Origin: Octopus sinensis | Lineage: Eukaryota | Length of the DNA stretch: 36,142 nucleotides | Direction: 5' to 3' | NCBI RefSeq assembly: GCF_006345805.1 | Contig: NW_021824705.1 | Span: forward strand, 1-36,142 | Part shown: positions 1 to 12,844 of the stretch, piece by piece | Numbering within the stretch: the first letter of the stretch is position 1 | Layout of the letters: each line of letters begins with the position of its first letter | The notes under the pieces: model-generated | The model's input: only the letters and a program-made list of their open reading frames with translations | The model's database searches: none | What the model was told of the DNA's origin: nothing | Program-made: the position numbers and the translations under genes

Positions 1-45
1 AAAATAAGTGGTTAGCCCATATAACTAGCATTATTTTCAGTATTG

Positions 46-330
46 TGGAGGCAAATGGCCTAGTGGTTAGAGCAGCGGATTCGAGGTCGAGGGATCGCGG
101 CTACAAATCTCAGACCGGGCGATGTGTGTGTTTATGAGCGAAACACCTAAGCTCCACGCGGCTCCGGCAGAAGGTAACGGCGAACTTCTACTGACTCTTT
201 CGTTACAACTTTCTCTCACTCTTTTCTCCTGCATCTTGCAGCTCACCTACGTCCCGTCCAGGTGGGGAACCTATACGCCAAGGAAACCGGGAAACCGGCC
301 CTATGAGCCAGGCGTGGCTCGAGAAGGAAC
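46..330 (+). mobile_element. tRNA(Arg)-like-headed SINE
   Basis: A-box TGGCCTAGTGG, TCG anticodon-like loop and degraded B-box, followed by a non-tRNA body (gtcccgtccaggtgggg...gaaaccgg). tRNA-Arg-derived SINEs are known from octopus. Confidence 0.7.
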
Positions 331-334
331 GAAC

Positions 335-495
335 ATTTTCAGTTTTACGTTCTGAGTTCAAATTCTGCCTTGGTCGACTTTGTCTTTCATCCTTTCGGGG
401 TCGATGAAATAGGTACCATTTACGCAATGGAGATCGATGTAATCGACTTATGCCCGCCTTCAAAATTTCAAGTCTTGTGCTTTTAGTATAAAGGA
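335..495 (+). mobile_element. SINE family A, 3' part
   Basis: Matches the in-window copies at 4664-4893 and 35780-35995 (gttctgagttcaaatt...gtcgactttgcctttcatcctttcggggtcgat). Confidence 0.8.
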
Positions 496-562
496 TTATT
501 ATTAGTTTTCAAGCTATTTATACGTTAGTAAAAGAAGATATCGTTTGATAGGATAGATTTGC

Positions 563-1114
<552 letters not shown>

Positions 1115-1145
1115 AAGCTAAAATTCCTTAATAAAATTTCTTGAT

Positions 1146-1478
1146 GGATGTGTGGTTAAGAAGTTCACTTTGTAACCACATGGATTTGGGTTCAGTACCT
1201 ACTGTGCTGCAGCATGGGCAGGTGTTATTACTATAGCCCCGGGCTGACCGACCAATACCGTCTGAACACGTTTGAAGGTGGAAACTGTACGGAACCCCGT
1301 CATATTCTTTCATTCTTTTACATATTTCAGTCATTTGACTGCTGCCATGCTGGAGCACGGTCTTAAAGGGTTTAGTCGAAGAAATCGTTCCCATGACTTA
1401 TTCATTGAAAACCTAGTGCTTATTCTATTAGTCATTTTTGTCGAACTGCTAAGTTACGGAGACGTAACCACATTCCAT
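1146..1478. mobile_element. SINE family B: 5' half (+, ~1146-1300) abutting an inverted 3' half (-, ~1310-1478)
   Basis: Similarity to adjacent family B copies in both orientations. Confidence 0.75.
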
Positions 1479-1507
1479 ATCCTTCCACTTGCTATATATA
1501 AATTCCA

Positions 1508-1668
1508 GGCGCAGAAGTGGTTGTGTTGGAAGAAGCTTGCTTCCCAGTCACATGGTTCCGGGTTCAGTCCCACTGCATGGAACCTTGTGTCTTCTACTGT
1601 AGCCTCGGGCCGACCACAACCTTGAGAGTGGATTTGGTTGAGCGAAATGAAAAGGACCCTGTCATGTA

Positions 1669-1709
<41 letters not shown>

Positions 1710-1953
1710 TATATATACATATATATATATGTATGTATGTATGTATTTGTGTGTCTGTGTTTGTTCCCCCAACCATCGCTTGACAACCGATGTTGGTCTT
1801 TTTACGTCCCTGTAACTTAGCGGTTGAGCAAAAGGGACCGATAGAATAAGTACCAGGTTTATAATGTATAAGTAATTGAGGTTGATTTGTTCAGCTAAAT
1901 TTCTTAAAGCCGTTGCTCCTGCATGGCCAGAGTCAAGTAAGTGTAAGAAGTAA
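1508..1953 (+). mobile_element. SINE family B, full length, with internal (TA)n
   Basis: Homologous to 563-1114. Confidence 0.85.
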
Positions 1954-2281
1954 AAGATCAAAAGATAGAATACCCCATATGGCATAAAAAATAAAACAAT
2001 TGAAATACTTGGCACAATATTTCGAGTTTAACATTAATAAGAATGGTAAAGCCGAATGTAACTGCACAAGGCCGAAATTGCAGGGAGTCGCTATTAAATC
2101 ATTATTGTTCTGCTTAGCAGTTAGAACGTCAACATTGTTTAGAGTAAGACTAGCAGAGTTTTCTGATATGAATTTAATTTGTTCGTGTTGCATACGGTTG
2201 TAATTTTCCTCGCAGACAGACTCACGTTCACATATGCATATATGTATATATATATATAGTATATATATATTATATATATAT

Positions 2282-2327
<46 letters not shown>

Positions 2328-2371
2328 ATTATATGTACATATATATATCATACGTATATGTATAGATATAA

Positions 2372-2440
<69 letters not shown>

Positions 2441-2590
2441 CATACATATATATGTGTGTGTGGTGTGTGTTTGCGTGTATATACATATACACAGATATAT
2501 ATATATACATAAGTATATATATTTGTATATCTATTTCTGTACACACACACATGAGCAAACACACACATATATGTATATATATACACACAC

Positions 2591-2668
<78 letters not shown>

Positions 2669-2871
2669 GTATATATATATGTGTGTGTGTGTGTTTTGTG
2701 TGTGTGGTGTATACATCTGTTGCGTACGTGCATATATTTAGTGTGACAGGCGTCTGTATAAAATAAAGGACACGATGGAAATACGTAGGCAAAACAAAAT
2801 AATGTTTGATGGATAAATAAAGGATGAAAGAATTCTAGTTAAACCAAAACAAAGGGAATAATACGAAGCAC

Positions 2872-2915
2872 CTGTTCTGTGGGCGTGTCTGTGTGAGAGG
2901 ATTGTGCGTTGGGAT
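2872..2915 (-). CDS. Candidate 44-nt linker exon of the host gene
   Basis: Strong polypyrimidine tract (ctttgttttctctcccaggttttcttgtcttccaacAG). Phase-1 entry gives [15 protein letters not shown], followed by cag|GTGCTT (weak donor). Confidence 0.3.
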
Positions 2916-3097
2916 CTGTTGGAAGACAAGAAAACCTGGGAGAGAAAACAAAGATGATGCGGTATGCACGCTTGTTTAATACGAGTGGGAGCGGGTTCGC
3001 ATATATATATATATTTGCACACACATATATATATATATATAAATACACGTACACACAGACACACACACACACATATATATATATACATGTATGTATG

Positions 3098-3129
<32 letters not shown>

Positions 3130-3222
3130 TGCATATATATATTTGTATATATGTGTATATAAACATATAAATGTAAATAAAAAATGTATATGTATCTGAC
3201 TATCTATATCTAATATATATAC

Positions 3223-3254
<32 letters not shown>

Positions 3255-3300
3255 TATTAATATATATATACATACATACATACATACTTACATACATATA

Positions 3301-3360
<60 letters not shown>

Positions 3361-3382
3361 CATTATACATATATTATATATA

Positions 3383-3437
<55 letters not shown>

Positions 3438-3599
3438 TATGTATATATACATATACTTTACATATGAAAATATATACGTATATACAGACACCTACACACA
3501 CACACATATATATATACATACATATACATGTATATGTATATAAGTGTATATGTGTGTGATACGTGCGTCTGCGTTTACACACATGTGCCAAAATTGATG

Positions 3600-3775
3600 C
3601 CGGTGTAGAACTGAAGATTCCGACGTGTATTTATGTACCAACTGTTTTGTGATTTAGGCACAACGCCAGGGTCTTTTGGTGAGAAGGGAGATAGACGATT
3701 CCATCGACATAAGCATTTAAATGGTACTTTTATTTTGTCGATTTGGGAAGGATGGAAAAGAAAAGTTGATCTATA
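3600..3775 (-). mobile_element. Degenerate SINE family A fragment
   Basis: atcgac...ggtacttttattttgtcgat...aaggatg...aaagttga resembles the reverse complement of family A. Confidence 0.5.
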
Positions 3776-3829
3776 TTAACGATCCGGAAGAATTACCGCA
3801 AAAAGTGAGGGAAGTAGTGAGTGAGAAAT

Positions 3830-4010
3830 TTACGAGGATTTCATGGAAGGTTCGGCGGTTGTGAGACTTTCCTGGAAAGTTTCGAGGATGAGAGATTTCC
3901 TGGAAAGTGGCGTGGATTGGGCTTCCTCTTAGATTCCGAGGATTTCCTGGAAAGTTCCGAGTTTATGACTTCCTGGAAAATTCCTAGGACTTGCTCGAAA
4001 GTTCCGAGGC
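3830..4010 (+). repeat. Degenerate TTCCTGGAAAGTTCCGAGGA-motif array, copy 1
   Basis: Five TTC-N3-GAA cores (3840, 3869, 3897, 3944, 3971), in the same orientation as the larger array at 10693-11210. Confidence 0.8.
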
Positions 4011-4029
4011 AAGGAAATGAAAATCGAAA

Positions 4030-4600
4030 TTGCTGACGTGGCCGATGATAGTACCACCTGATTGGCACGCATGCCGTGCAACGTTTAAAGCACATCTGAA
4101 TTCGGCCCATTTATGGGTACCCCTCATTCATTGGACAATGAATTTTGCTTGCGAAGACCTATTGAGGCAAGTGTAAACAAATCTAAATCGCTGATGTTAC
4201 CGATGACATTACTGCCTAATTGGCACTCATGCCAGTGGAATGGTAAAAGCACATCCAAGCGTGATCATTGCCATGGCCACGGATTCGCTCCCATGCCGGT
4301 AACACGCGAAAAGTACCATTCGAGTATGGTCATTGCCAGCATCGCTTTACTGACACATGTTCTAGTGGCACGTAAACACACATTTTGAGCCTGGTTGTTG
4401 CCAGAACCACCTGACTGGCCCACGTACCGGTGACAGGTAAAAACACCCACTACACTCTCAGAGTGATCGGCATTAGGAAGGGCATCCAGCTGTAGAAACT
4501 TTGTCTGATCAGACTGAACCTGGTGCAGCCTCCGGTTCACCAGCTGGCAGTCAAACAGTCCAACCCGTGCCAGCATTGAAAGCGGACATAAGACGATGAT
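4030..4600 (+). mobile_element. SINE-like element with ~64-bp internal subrepeats and an RTE-type (GAT)n tail
   Basis: About five diverged units (gtggccgttgccagtaccgcctgactggc...gtgccggtggcacgtaaaagcacc-like), then ggcattaggaagggcatccagctgtagaaac, ending aagcggacataagacgatgatgatgatg. Confidence 0.7.
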
Positions 4601-4663
4601 GATGATGGTGGTTATATATATATATCCATATATATTTATGCACGATAGGCTTCTTTCAGTTTC

Positions 4664-4893
4664 TTATTTCTTTACTGTCCACAAGGGGCTACACTCATAG
4701 TGGACAAATAAGGATAGACAAATGGATTAAGTCAATTATATCGACCCCAGTGCGTAACTGGTACTTATTTAATTGACCCCGAAGGGATGATAGGCAAAGT
4801 CGACCTCGGTGAAATTTGAACTCAGAATGTAGCGGTAGAAGAAACACTGCTAAGCATTTCGCCCGGCGTGCTAACGATTCTGCCAGCTCGCCT
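4664..4893 (-). mobile_element. SINE family A, full length, nested in a minus-strand family B copy (~4640-5030)
   Basis: 15-bp target-site duplication gcttctttcagtttc (4649-4663) / gcttttttcagtttc (4894-4908). The flanks are the two halves of a family B SINE. Confidence 0.85.
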
Positions 4894-5034
4894 GCTTTTT
4901 TCAGTTTCTGTTTATCAAATCCTACCACAAGGTTTTAGTCAGCCTGGCCCAAGGTGTCATGCAGTGGGACTGAATCAGGAACCATGTGGTTGGGAAGCAA
5001 GCTTCTTACCACATAGCCATGTTTGTGCCTATTC

Positions 5035-6783
5035 TTACTGCCCAGCTGGTATTAGAACACCTACAATGCTAGATGTTCTATATATATAACATTCACGTAT
5101 ATTTTCATTACTGGTGACTTCAACTACCCTGAAATTGAATGGGAAACTTTTCGTTGGTAATAACACTTTGGACCTGCTTCTTACCACCACTCCTAGAACT
5201 GTTATCAGTGTTGTGACAAAGGAACCTCTAAGTGACTCCATTCATGCTATGATCATTGCCAATATGTCTCTTGTAGGCAGAAATAAGAAGCACCACCACC
5301 TTCAAACCACTCGCTTTGACTGGAACTGTTCCCGTAAGGAGTTACGACACCTAAACTGGTTTGAATTTTACAATCCAGGAGATATCAATACTGTTTTTCA
5401 AAATATCTTCAGTGCAATCTGGACTGCATGTGAAGAATCACTACTGTACCAACTCTCTAGAAATAAAAACAATGTAATTTGGGAGACTGCAGCAGTTCGA
5501 CTTGCCAGGAAAGATCGTTGTGATGCTGAACAGAAATACACACAGCATAGAACAGATGAGAGCAGAAGATGCAACAGATCATCTAACCGACTCAAGCAAA
5601 CAACGAAAAAGGCAATGCTTGAGTTTGAATGATATATAACAACTATCAACTAGCCCTGAGAGCAAAGTGTTCTGAAAATATGTGTGTTCAAAACAGAGTT
5701 CTCACTCTTCACGATCCCCACACAGGTCAGATGACTGATGAAGCCAAGGAATGCACTGAGTTTATTGCTGAATGCTATGCTGGCATTTTTACTCCTGATA
5801 ACCCCAATGTATCTTCTTCACCAAATCTGACATCAAATTCCATAACATCTGTGAAATTCACCACCACAATGCTGTGACACCACCTCAAGAATAAGCGCAA
5901 CTAGGCCTCTCCTGGTCTTGATGGTGTAACTTATTTTCTTCTCAAATGTGGTGGGTTCTTTCTATTGCACCAGCTTTCTTCCTTTTGTCAATTCTGCTTT
6001 AACAACTGTATCACTTCAGAGCTCTGGAAAATTGCCATTGTTATTCCCCTGTTAAAAACAGGTGATCACACATCACCTGTCAACTACTGTCCAGTCAGCC
6101 TTACTAGCTGCATCGCCAAACTGATGGAGTCCTGTATCAGGGAAACACTCTGGAACTTTTGGTGCTCTCACAGCCTTATTTAGCCCTCACAATTTGGTTT
6201 TATCCCCAACTCTAGCTGCTGTAGTCGAGTTTCTTGAAGACATAACCTGAGTTATTGATGGCGGCTCATGGGTGGATACTGTCTATCCTGATTTTGCTAA
6301 AGTCTTCAAATCTATACCACACAAACGACTCATGGTAAAAATCCCTGCAGTGAGTGTGAAGGATGATCTCTATAACTAGTTGAAGTCCTTCATTCTCGGC
6401 CGGAAAGATGTAGCTACAGTTCTAGGACAACGTTCTTCACCCTACAAGATTACTTCTGGTGTACTACAGGGATCTGTTCTTGGACCCTTACTGTTGGTTG
6501 CATATATTAATGATATGGATGCCAATTTGAGGAATGTTTCAGTGCTGAAATATGCAGATGACACCAAGCTGTACCTTGAAATAAAAAGAACAGATCCTAT
6601 CTTGCAATCAGATCTGGATACAATGCAGCAGTGGACCTCTGACTGGCAACTCAAGCTAGCTGTAGACAAGTGTGTCACCATGCATTTTAGGAGGAAAAAT
6701 CCAGTCTTTACATACTCCCTCAGCAACACCAATCTCATGAAGTCTTCTAGTGGACATGATCTGGGTATTATTGTAAACATCAA
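5035..6783 (+). mobile_element. Degenerate CR1-clade LINE ORF2 (end of APE endonuclease plus reverse transcriptase), 3'-truncated
   Basis: NTLDLLLTT, SPGLDG, YCPVSLTSCIAKLME, QFGF, DFAK, SGVLQGSVLGPLL, YINDM, KYADDTKL and DLGIIV motifs, with many stops and frameshifts. Confidence 0.92.
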
Positions 6784-7440
6784 ATCAGGAAAAAAATAAA
6801 GAAAACAAACTTATTAAAAAATATAAACAACGAGTGAATAATCTATGACAAAATGACGAACAGATATGCATCAGGTTTCTGCCCAGAATTTTTAAACAGG
6901 GCTTGTTGTCCGCACACGAAAAATCTTCGAAAACCGGATACCGGATACTCCAAACTGAATCAAACACTAGGCTTTTTGCCTTCTTTTTGCAAAACATCAA
7001 ACTGACTGATAGAAATCGGCAAAATATTAACAAGGAAAATTCCACAAACGAATTTAATGACGTCAGGAGTTAACTAACCAATCAGGATTGTTCATCCCGG
7101 ATATAAGACTGCTCGAGGGCTACCAGAACAGAAAAACGAAATGAAATCGAAATATAAAATAAGGTGCATTTTGCTATCTAACTTTATCTCGGTAGCTAGC
7201 ATTGTTTCTTTCTTAAATCCCCACGACAAAAGTACAGCATAGCTCCAGGTGTTTTCATCTCACATTAGTTGAGCACTGGTGTTGGTGTTATCAACTAGCT
7301 CCTCCCTTCAAATTGTGACATCGTGAGTAAACTTTGGAGAATTAAAATGCATTTTCAATTATTTTTTTATGCTTGTATGCATTTGGAAAACAATAGCATT
7401 GGTTTGTACACCCACACCATACACAAACACACACATACAA

Positions 7441-7527
<87 letters not shown>

Positions 7528-7554
7528 ATATTATATATATATATATATATATAA

Positions 7555-9216
7555 TCTTATTAAAAGGCAGATTTTATCTGCCTCCCTTGTCAGTTATAGA
7601 AATCTACAATATAGGATTTCTTCAATTACAATTTACCTAGCATTTTTAAGAGTAGAATGCATCGGGTTTTGCCAGGTCCGGTTTTTAAAATTTCAACCCC
7701 AATTAATCAAAATTTACAGAAAACTCACATTCTGGTGTGTATGTCAAATGCTTTTCTTAATGTGGTTTACACCACACGCAAACGCACACACATAGTGTGC
7801 AACGAATAAAGTGAAAGTAATTGGAAGAGAGTAAATAGCGACAGAGTGATTTGAGGAAGACTAAACTGAAAGTATTTAAACCACTTCTCAAAAAATAAAA
7901 AAACACAGCAAACAGAAACAAATAAATACATAACGATTTACTCCTCACACAATTTCTTTAATTAGAGTTTACCTAAGATTTTTCAAAGTACTCCATTCGG
8001 TCATGCCATAATATATTTCTTTCAATTTCACCCCAATTAAGACAAAATTCGAGAAAACTCAATATTTTAACATTTCACTCCGAAAGAATTGATGTACATG
8101 TGTGCGTGCGTGAGTGTGTGTGTGTGTGTGTGTGTGTGTTTGATGGGTTGTGCGACACAGAAAGTGTGGTGTGTAAGTGAAGTGCTTTGTTAGTGTGTGT
8201 AAAGAGACAGACAGAGTGAAAGACAGAATAACTGAACTTTTTTATTCACTTTTTGTAGTGAGTGACTGAGAGAGAAAAGAGAGAGAGAGGTTATGTATGT
8301 ATATATGTATGTATGGCTTCAGTGACACACACACACAAAAACACATACCTACGTACACCTAAAGCACGCACACACACACACACAAGCGGAGCGCGAACTT
8401 CAAAATTTTGGTAGTATTAATTTGCGAGCGTACTTCTAAGCGCGCGTAATTGAAAGTTTTCACTATGATATCATCACGTGCGAAAAAATTCGAAGGGTTT
8501 TGAACAATTGAGATACAGATGTCACGCCTGTATTGAAACCATTGCTAAGCTGCCGTAATTGCTTAATTAAGACTTTGTTTTAATTGAAAGGGGCAAATAT
8601 GTGACGAGGTTGAAAAAAAATACCCCAGAAAAAAAATGTACTGCTGGTATTTATATAATTCACTACTATTTTGCTACAATGTCATGAAAAAGAAAATTTT
8701 AGGTATGTAAATCGAATTCCCCACCCCCTTTTCCCCGTTCGCGTTTGTGTAAAAAAAATTATTATTTAAGTTTTAAAAATTATTTACTTTGTTCAAAAAA
8801 TATTAATATTAATTAATTTTCAAGAATTATTTAATTTTATTCTGTAAAATAGTAATTAATTCATTTATCTGTAAATCCGCGAGGTTGTTACTCAGGCACC
8901 TAGAATGGTAACCTTCAACTAACACTATCTCCTCCGAGACCCTGCGGCGCAAGTTGACCAAAATTGAGAGTATGGTAGAAGAAGGGTTGCTCTTCCTTTC
9001 GTAGAACATAAAATTCAAATGTTAACACCAAAAATTATTTACATCAAAAAGATGCTTTTTTCTATGAAAATCCCTATTTTTTACGATTTTTTCACTGCTG
9101 TGTCGCCACTTTTCGGTGTATTTCGACCAGAAAAATGTTCACAAAATTTTTACTTTTCAAAATTACAATTCCAGCGGGTCGAAACAAACCCGAGCAACGC
9201 CGGGCGATACTGCTAG
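7555..9216 (+). mobile_element. Non-autonomous Helitron
   Basis: 5' A|TC start (7555, boundary uncertain within the TA tract). 3' GC-rich hairpin CCCGAGCAACGCCGGG (9189-9204), then CTAG (9213-9216), then T. No Rep/helicase ORF. Confidence 0.75.
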
Positions 9217-9297
9217 TGTATATATATATGTGTATGTATATATATATATATGTATATATATACATACATATCTATCTATCTATCTATCTATCTATCA

Positions 9298-9375
<78 letters not shown>

Positions 9376-9789
9376 ATATATGCATATGGATATATCCCTA
9401 GGAGTACGTCGATAAAGCACGTCCACTGTCTATGGCTACCTGGTGTCATCCACGGTAATTACACAGTTGTAGCTGGATCTACCTCAGGAATTCCCCCGTA
9501 CATGTTGAGAATACAACAAAAAGGATAGAGACGGAAAATAGAAAACAATAAAGTTCCGTGTATTCCATTTCCCGCCTTTGTCATTTGTTCTGAGTGTGTG
9601 TGTGTGTGTATGTCTGTGTGCATGTGTGTGTGCGTGTGTGTGCGCGTGTGTGCGTGTGTGTCTGTAATATTTTGGACTAATGGGTATATGTTAATCAGAT
9701 TATTGAGTAAAGCACGTTCACAGTTTGGGCTAGCTTGTGTTATCCACAGTTGGGTGATATTTCTGCTGGATCTACTTCAGGAATTCTGC

Positions 9790-10110
9790 AGTATTAGTTG
9801 AGATAATGATAATTAACAGAGGAAACGGAAGATTTGGTCCCAGTCTTTATTTCAGTACAACGATCGTTTCGACTCATCCTACAACTGCCCGATATGGGTA
9901 GAATTTTGGTACATCTCATTATATATAGTGGAACATCACCTTCTTCATGAATGTAACATGATGAGACATAAACTGCACACATTCATGCAATACTATTAGA
10001 TGCAAAAAACCCTACCCATAACGGACAGTTGCAAGATGAGTAAAAAACGATCATCGTACCCAATAAAGACAAGTGCCAAATCTGTCTTCCGCTCCTTCAT
10101 CAGTTATTAT
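9790..10110. repeat. Diverged inverted repeat (~115-bp arms) with hammerhead-like halves; the left arm is also the end of a ~130-bp direct duplication (9418-9545 / 9713-9835)
   Basis: Arms 9790-9910 and ~9995-10110 are reverse complements at roughly 70% identity by eye. Shared ctggatctacNtcaggaattc in the direct repeat. Confidence 0.65.
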
Positions 10111-10290
10111 CATATATATATATACGCGCGCGCGCGCGTACGCACGGGTACACACACACAAATATACATATATCTATCTATCTATATATATATATATATA
10201 TATGTAAGTATATTTATATATATGTATATATATATGTATGTATGCATGTATGTATACAAACATACATAGATACATATATAAATATATATG

Positions 10291-10358
<68 letters not shown>

Positions 10359-10420
10359 TAACAAAGTGGAGTTGTAGGGTACCGCACGAGAGGAATTATA
10401 TACGAAAGAAGGTTTGAAAA

Positions 10421-10692
10421 TGCAATTTTAAAAGATGTTTATTTACTTTACCGGTTATACTCTTTGGAAAAAGATTGTCAAAAGTAGAATGCTACATTAC
10501 ATATATACAGTCTTTGGTAACAAGGACATGTTAAGGACATAAAAAAGTTTAACAAATTCCTTAAAAATATATGTAATGTAGCATTTTGTAACAACCAATA
10601 ATTAACGCAACCAAACTTCAACATGTTACTGTTGACAATCTTTTTCCCAAGAGTGAAACCAGTAAAGTAAATAAACATCTTTTAAAATTGCA
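10421..10692. repeat. Foldback/MITE-like inverted repeat
   Basis: 71-bp arms 10421-10491 / 10622-10692 (about 90% identical), plus a perfect 18-bp inner inverted repeat 10489-10506 / 10567-10584. Confidence 0.8.
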
Positions 10693-11210
10693 TTTCATGG
10701 AAAGTTCCGGAGTTTCCCCCACTTCCTAGAAAATCGCTCGGAAAGTTCCTGGAAAGCTCCGAGGATTCCACGGAAAGTTCCGGGGTTTCCCCAACTTCCT
10801 GGAAAATCGATCGGGAACTTCATGTTAAGTGCCGAGGGTTTCATGGAAAGTTCCGGGGATTCTCCCCATTTCATGAAAATCGCTCGGAATGTTCCTGGAA
10901 AGTCCGAGGATTTCACGGAAAGTTTCGAGGGATTCCCCATTTTCTGGAAAATTGCTCGGAAACTTCCTGGAAAGTTCCGAGGATTTCATGGAAGGTTCCA
11001 CGGATTCCCTCTACTTCCCGGAAAACCGGTCTGAAACTTTATGGAAAGGTCCGAGTATATTCTAACTTCCTGGAAAGTTCCGAGGATTTTATGCAAAATC
11101 CAAGGATTTTCTAACTTCCTGGAACATTGTTTGAATACTTCTTGGTTACTTCCGACGAATTTCTAACTTACTGGAAAGTTGGTCGAAAACTTCCTGGAAG
11201 GTTCCGACGA
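10693..11210 (+). repeat. Degenerate TTCCTGGAAAGTTCCGAGGA-motif array, copy 2
   Basis: Roughly a dozen TTC-N3-GAA cores in irregular tandem units. Confidence 0.85.
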
Positions 11211-11259
11211 TGAGCATTCCTAAGACTAAGTAGTGCATGAATGAGTAAAGATTTAGGAA

Positions 11260-12840
11260 AAATGCCGAATTGGAAGGGCCGAGGGCCAGAGTTCAAGAGT
11301 ACTAGTTATAGAAATTTAATAGTTTACATGGAAAAGTGAGTGAACAACATCAGAATTGCATGAATGGGGGAGTCATAGCACATTGGATGACTAGAGGGAG
11401 AACAGTACTTATGAAAGACAAAAGCAAGGGTAATGCAGCTATCAAATATAGACTAATCACTTGCCTACCATTAGTGTGGAAGCTGGTAACAAGAATGCTT
11501 TCAGAAAGCATTTACGAGCACCTTGACGGTCAAAATTTGCTGCCGAAAGAACATAAAGGTTGTAAGAACAAGGCCTGGGAAACGCATAGACAAAGCAGTT
11601 CTAAATGAAGTAAAATGAAGAAATAAAAAAATAACAATAGCATGTATAGATTATAAGAAAGTCAATGACATGATCACACTCATGGATAAGTGAATGTATT
11701 CAGTATTGCAGGCAACTTAAGAGAATTAATTAGCTTTAGTATGAAGAAATGTAAAGTAGATCTTTACTCAGGTGACACAATCTTAGGAAAATTAATATCA
11801 AGAGAGGAATTTTTCAACGAGACACGTTATTCCCTTTAATAGTTGTCTTATGTTTAATCCCTCTCGGCTTAGCTAGAGTTGATATAGCCGCCTATGTAGG
11901 TAATAAAGAAGAAAGTTTATCAAGAGGTGCTAGAGTCACAGTAGGACATTGGGAAGCCAAAAAGCCAAATGAAGTTAAGAATTAGAAAAAAACAAAAAAT
12001 ATCTGACTGGCTAGAGAAGGCTTTGCATGGTAGATTTCCAAAGCTTGTAGGAAATAGTACTAGTGAGACATGGTTATGGTTGTAGAAACAAAAGCTGAAG
12101 TGGGAGACAGAAAGTGTGTTAGTAGCAGCACAGGACCAATCATTAATGACTAATTAGATAAAAGACAAGATAGGCAAAAACAGATACATCGTCAATGTCG
12201 GTTGTGTAAATCAAAAAGAAGTAAGTGCTACTCATATAGTAAATGAATGTAGCATGCATTGAATACACAGACTGAATACAAGAAAATACACGACAACCTA
12301 GGGAGAGTAATCCATTGGGAGTTATGTAGAAAGCTAGTAGTTGACCATAATGATAAATGGTATAACATGAACCTAGTAAAGTACTAGAAAGTAAGAAATA
12401 TAAGATGGTGGACTTTAACATTCAGACAGAGAGATAGAAGCTAGAAGGCCTGATTTAGTAGTAATAGAAAATAGAGTGTGCCAGATAATTGATTTTACGG
12501 TCCCAAATGATGAGAAAGTCAGTATGAGAGTTATAGAGAAAATAAAGTACAAAGAGCTAACCATTGAATTATAGAGACTATGGAAAGGGCGGGTAAAATG
12601 TATCCCTGTGATTATAGGTGCATTAGGAACTATCCTTAAATATTTGAACAGATCGAAAGTAGAAATAGGCACCTAGTTTAGTACAGAAAACAGTGTTCCT
12701 AGGGACAGTTAGAATACTTAGGTGGGTTCTTGGCATCTAAAGAGACTTGTTGTAGCCGGATGTTAGGACTTTTCTTTCTCCAAAAGTTTAGTCTGTTGTG
12801 TGTATATGAAACAACATCAACAACAACAATAATAATAATA
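11260..12840 (+). mobile_element. Degenerate R4/Dong-type non-LTR retrotransposon (RT remnant, CCHC knuckle, restriction-like endonuclease) with an internal deletion
   Basis: KMPNWKGRGP, YRLITCLPLVWKL, DYKK..DMITHSW, CRLC...HIVNEC, IHWELCRK...WYNHEP, RRPDLVV, IPVIIGALG. Ends in an (AAC)/(AAT) tail. Confidence 0.88.
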
Positions 12841-12844
12841 ATGC

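Noticed and set aside
1933-2193. 86-aa minus [11 protein letters not shown]...
   Set aside because: No acceptor site and no domain similarity recognised.
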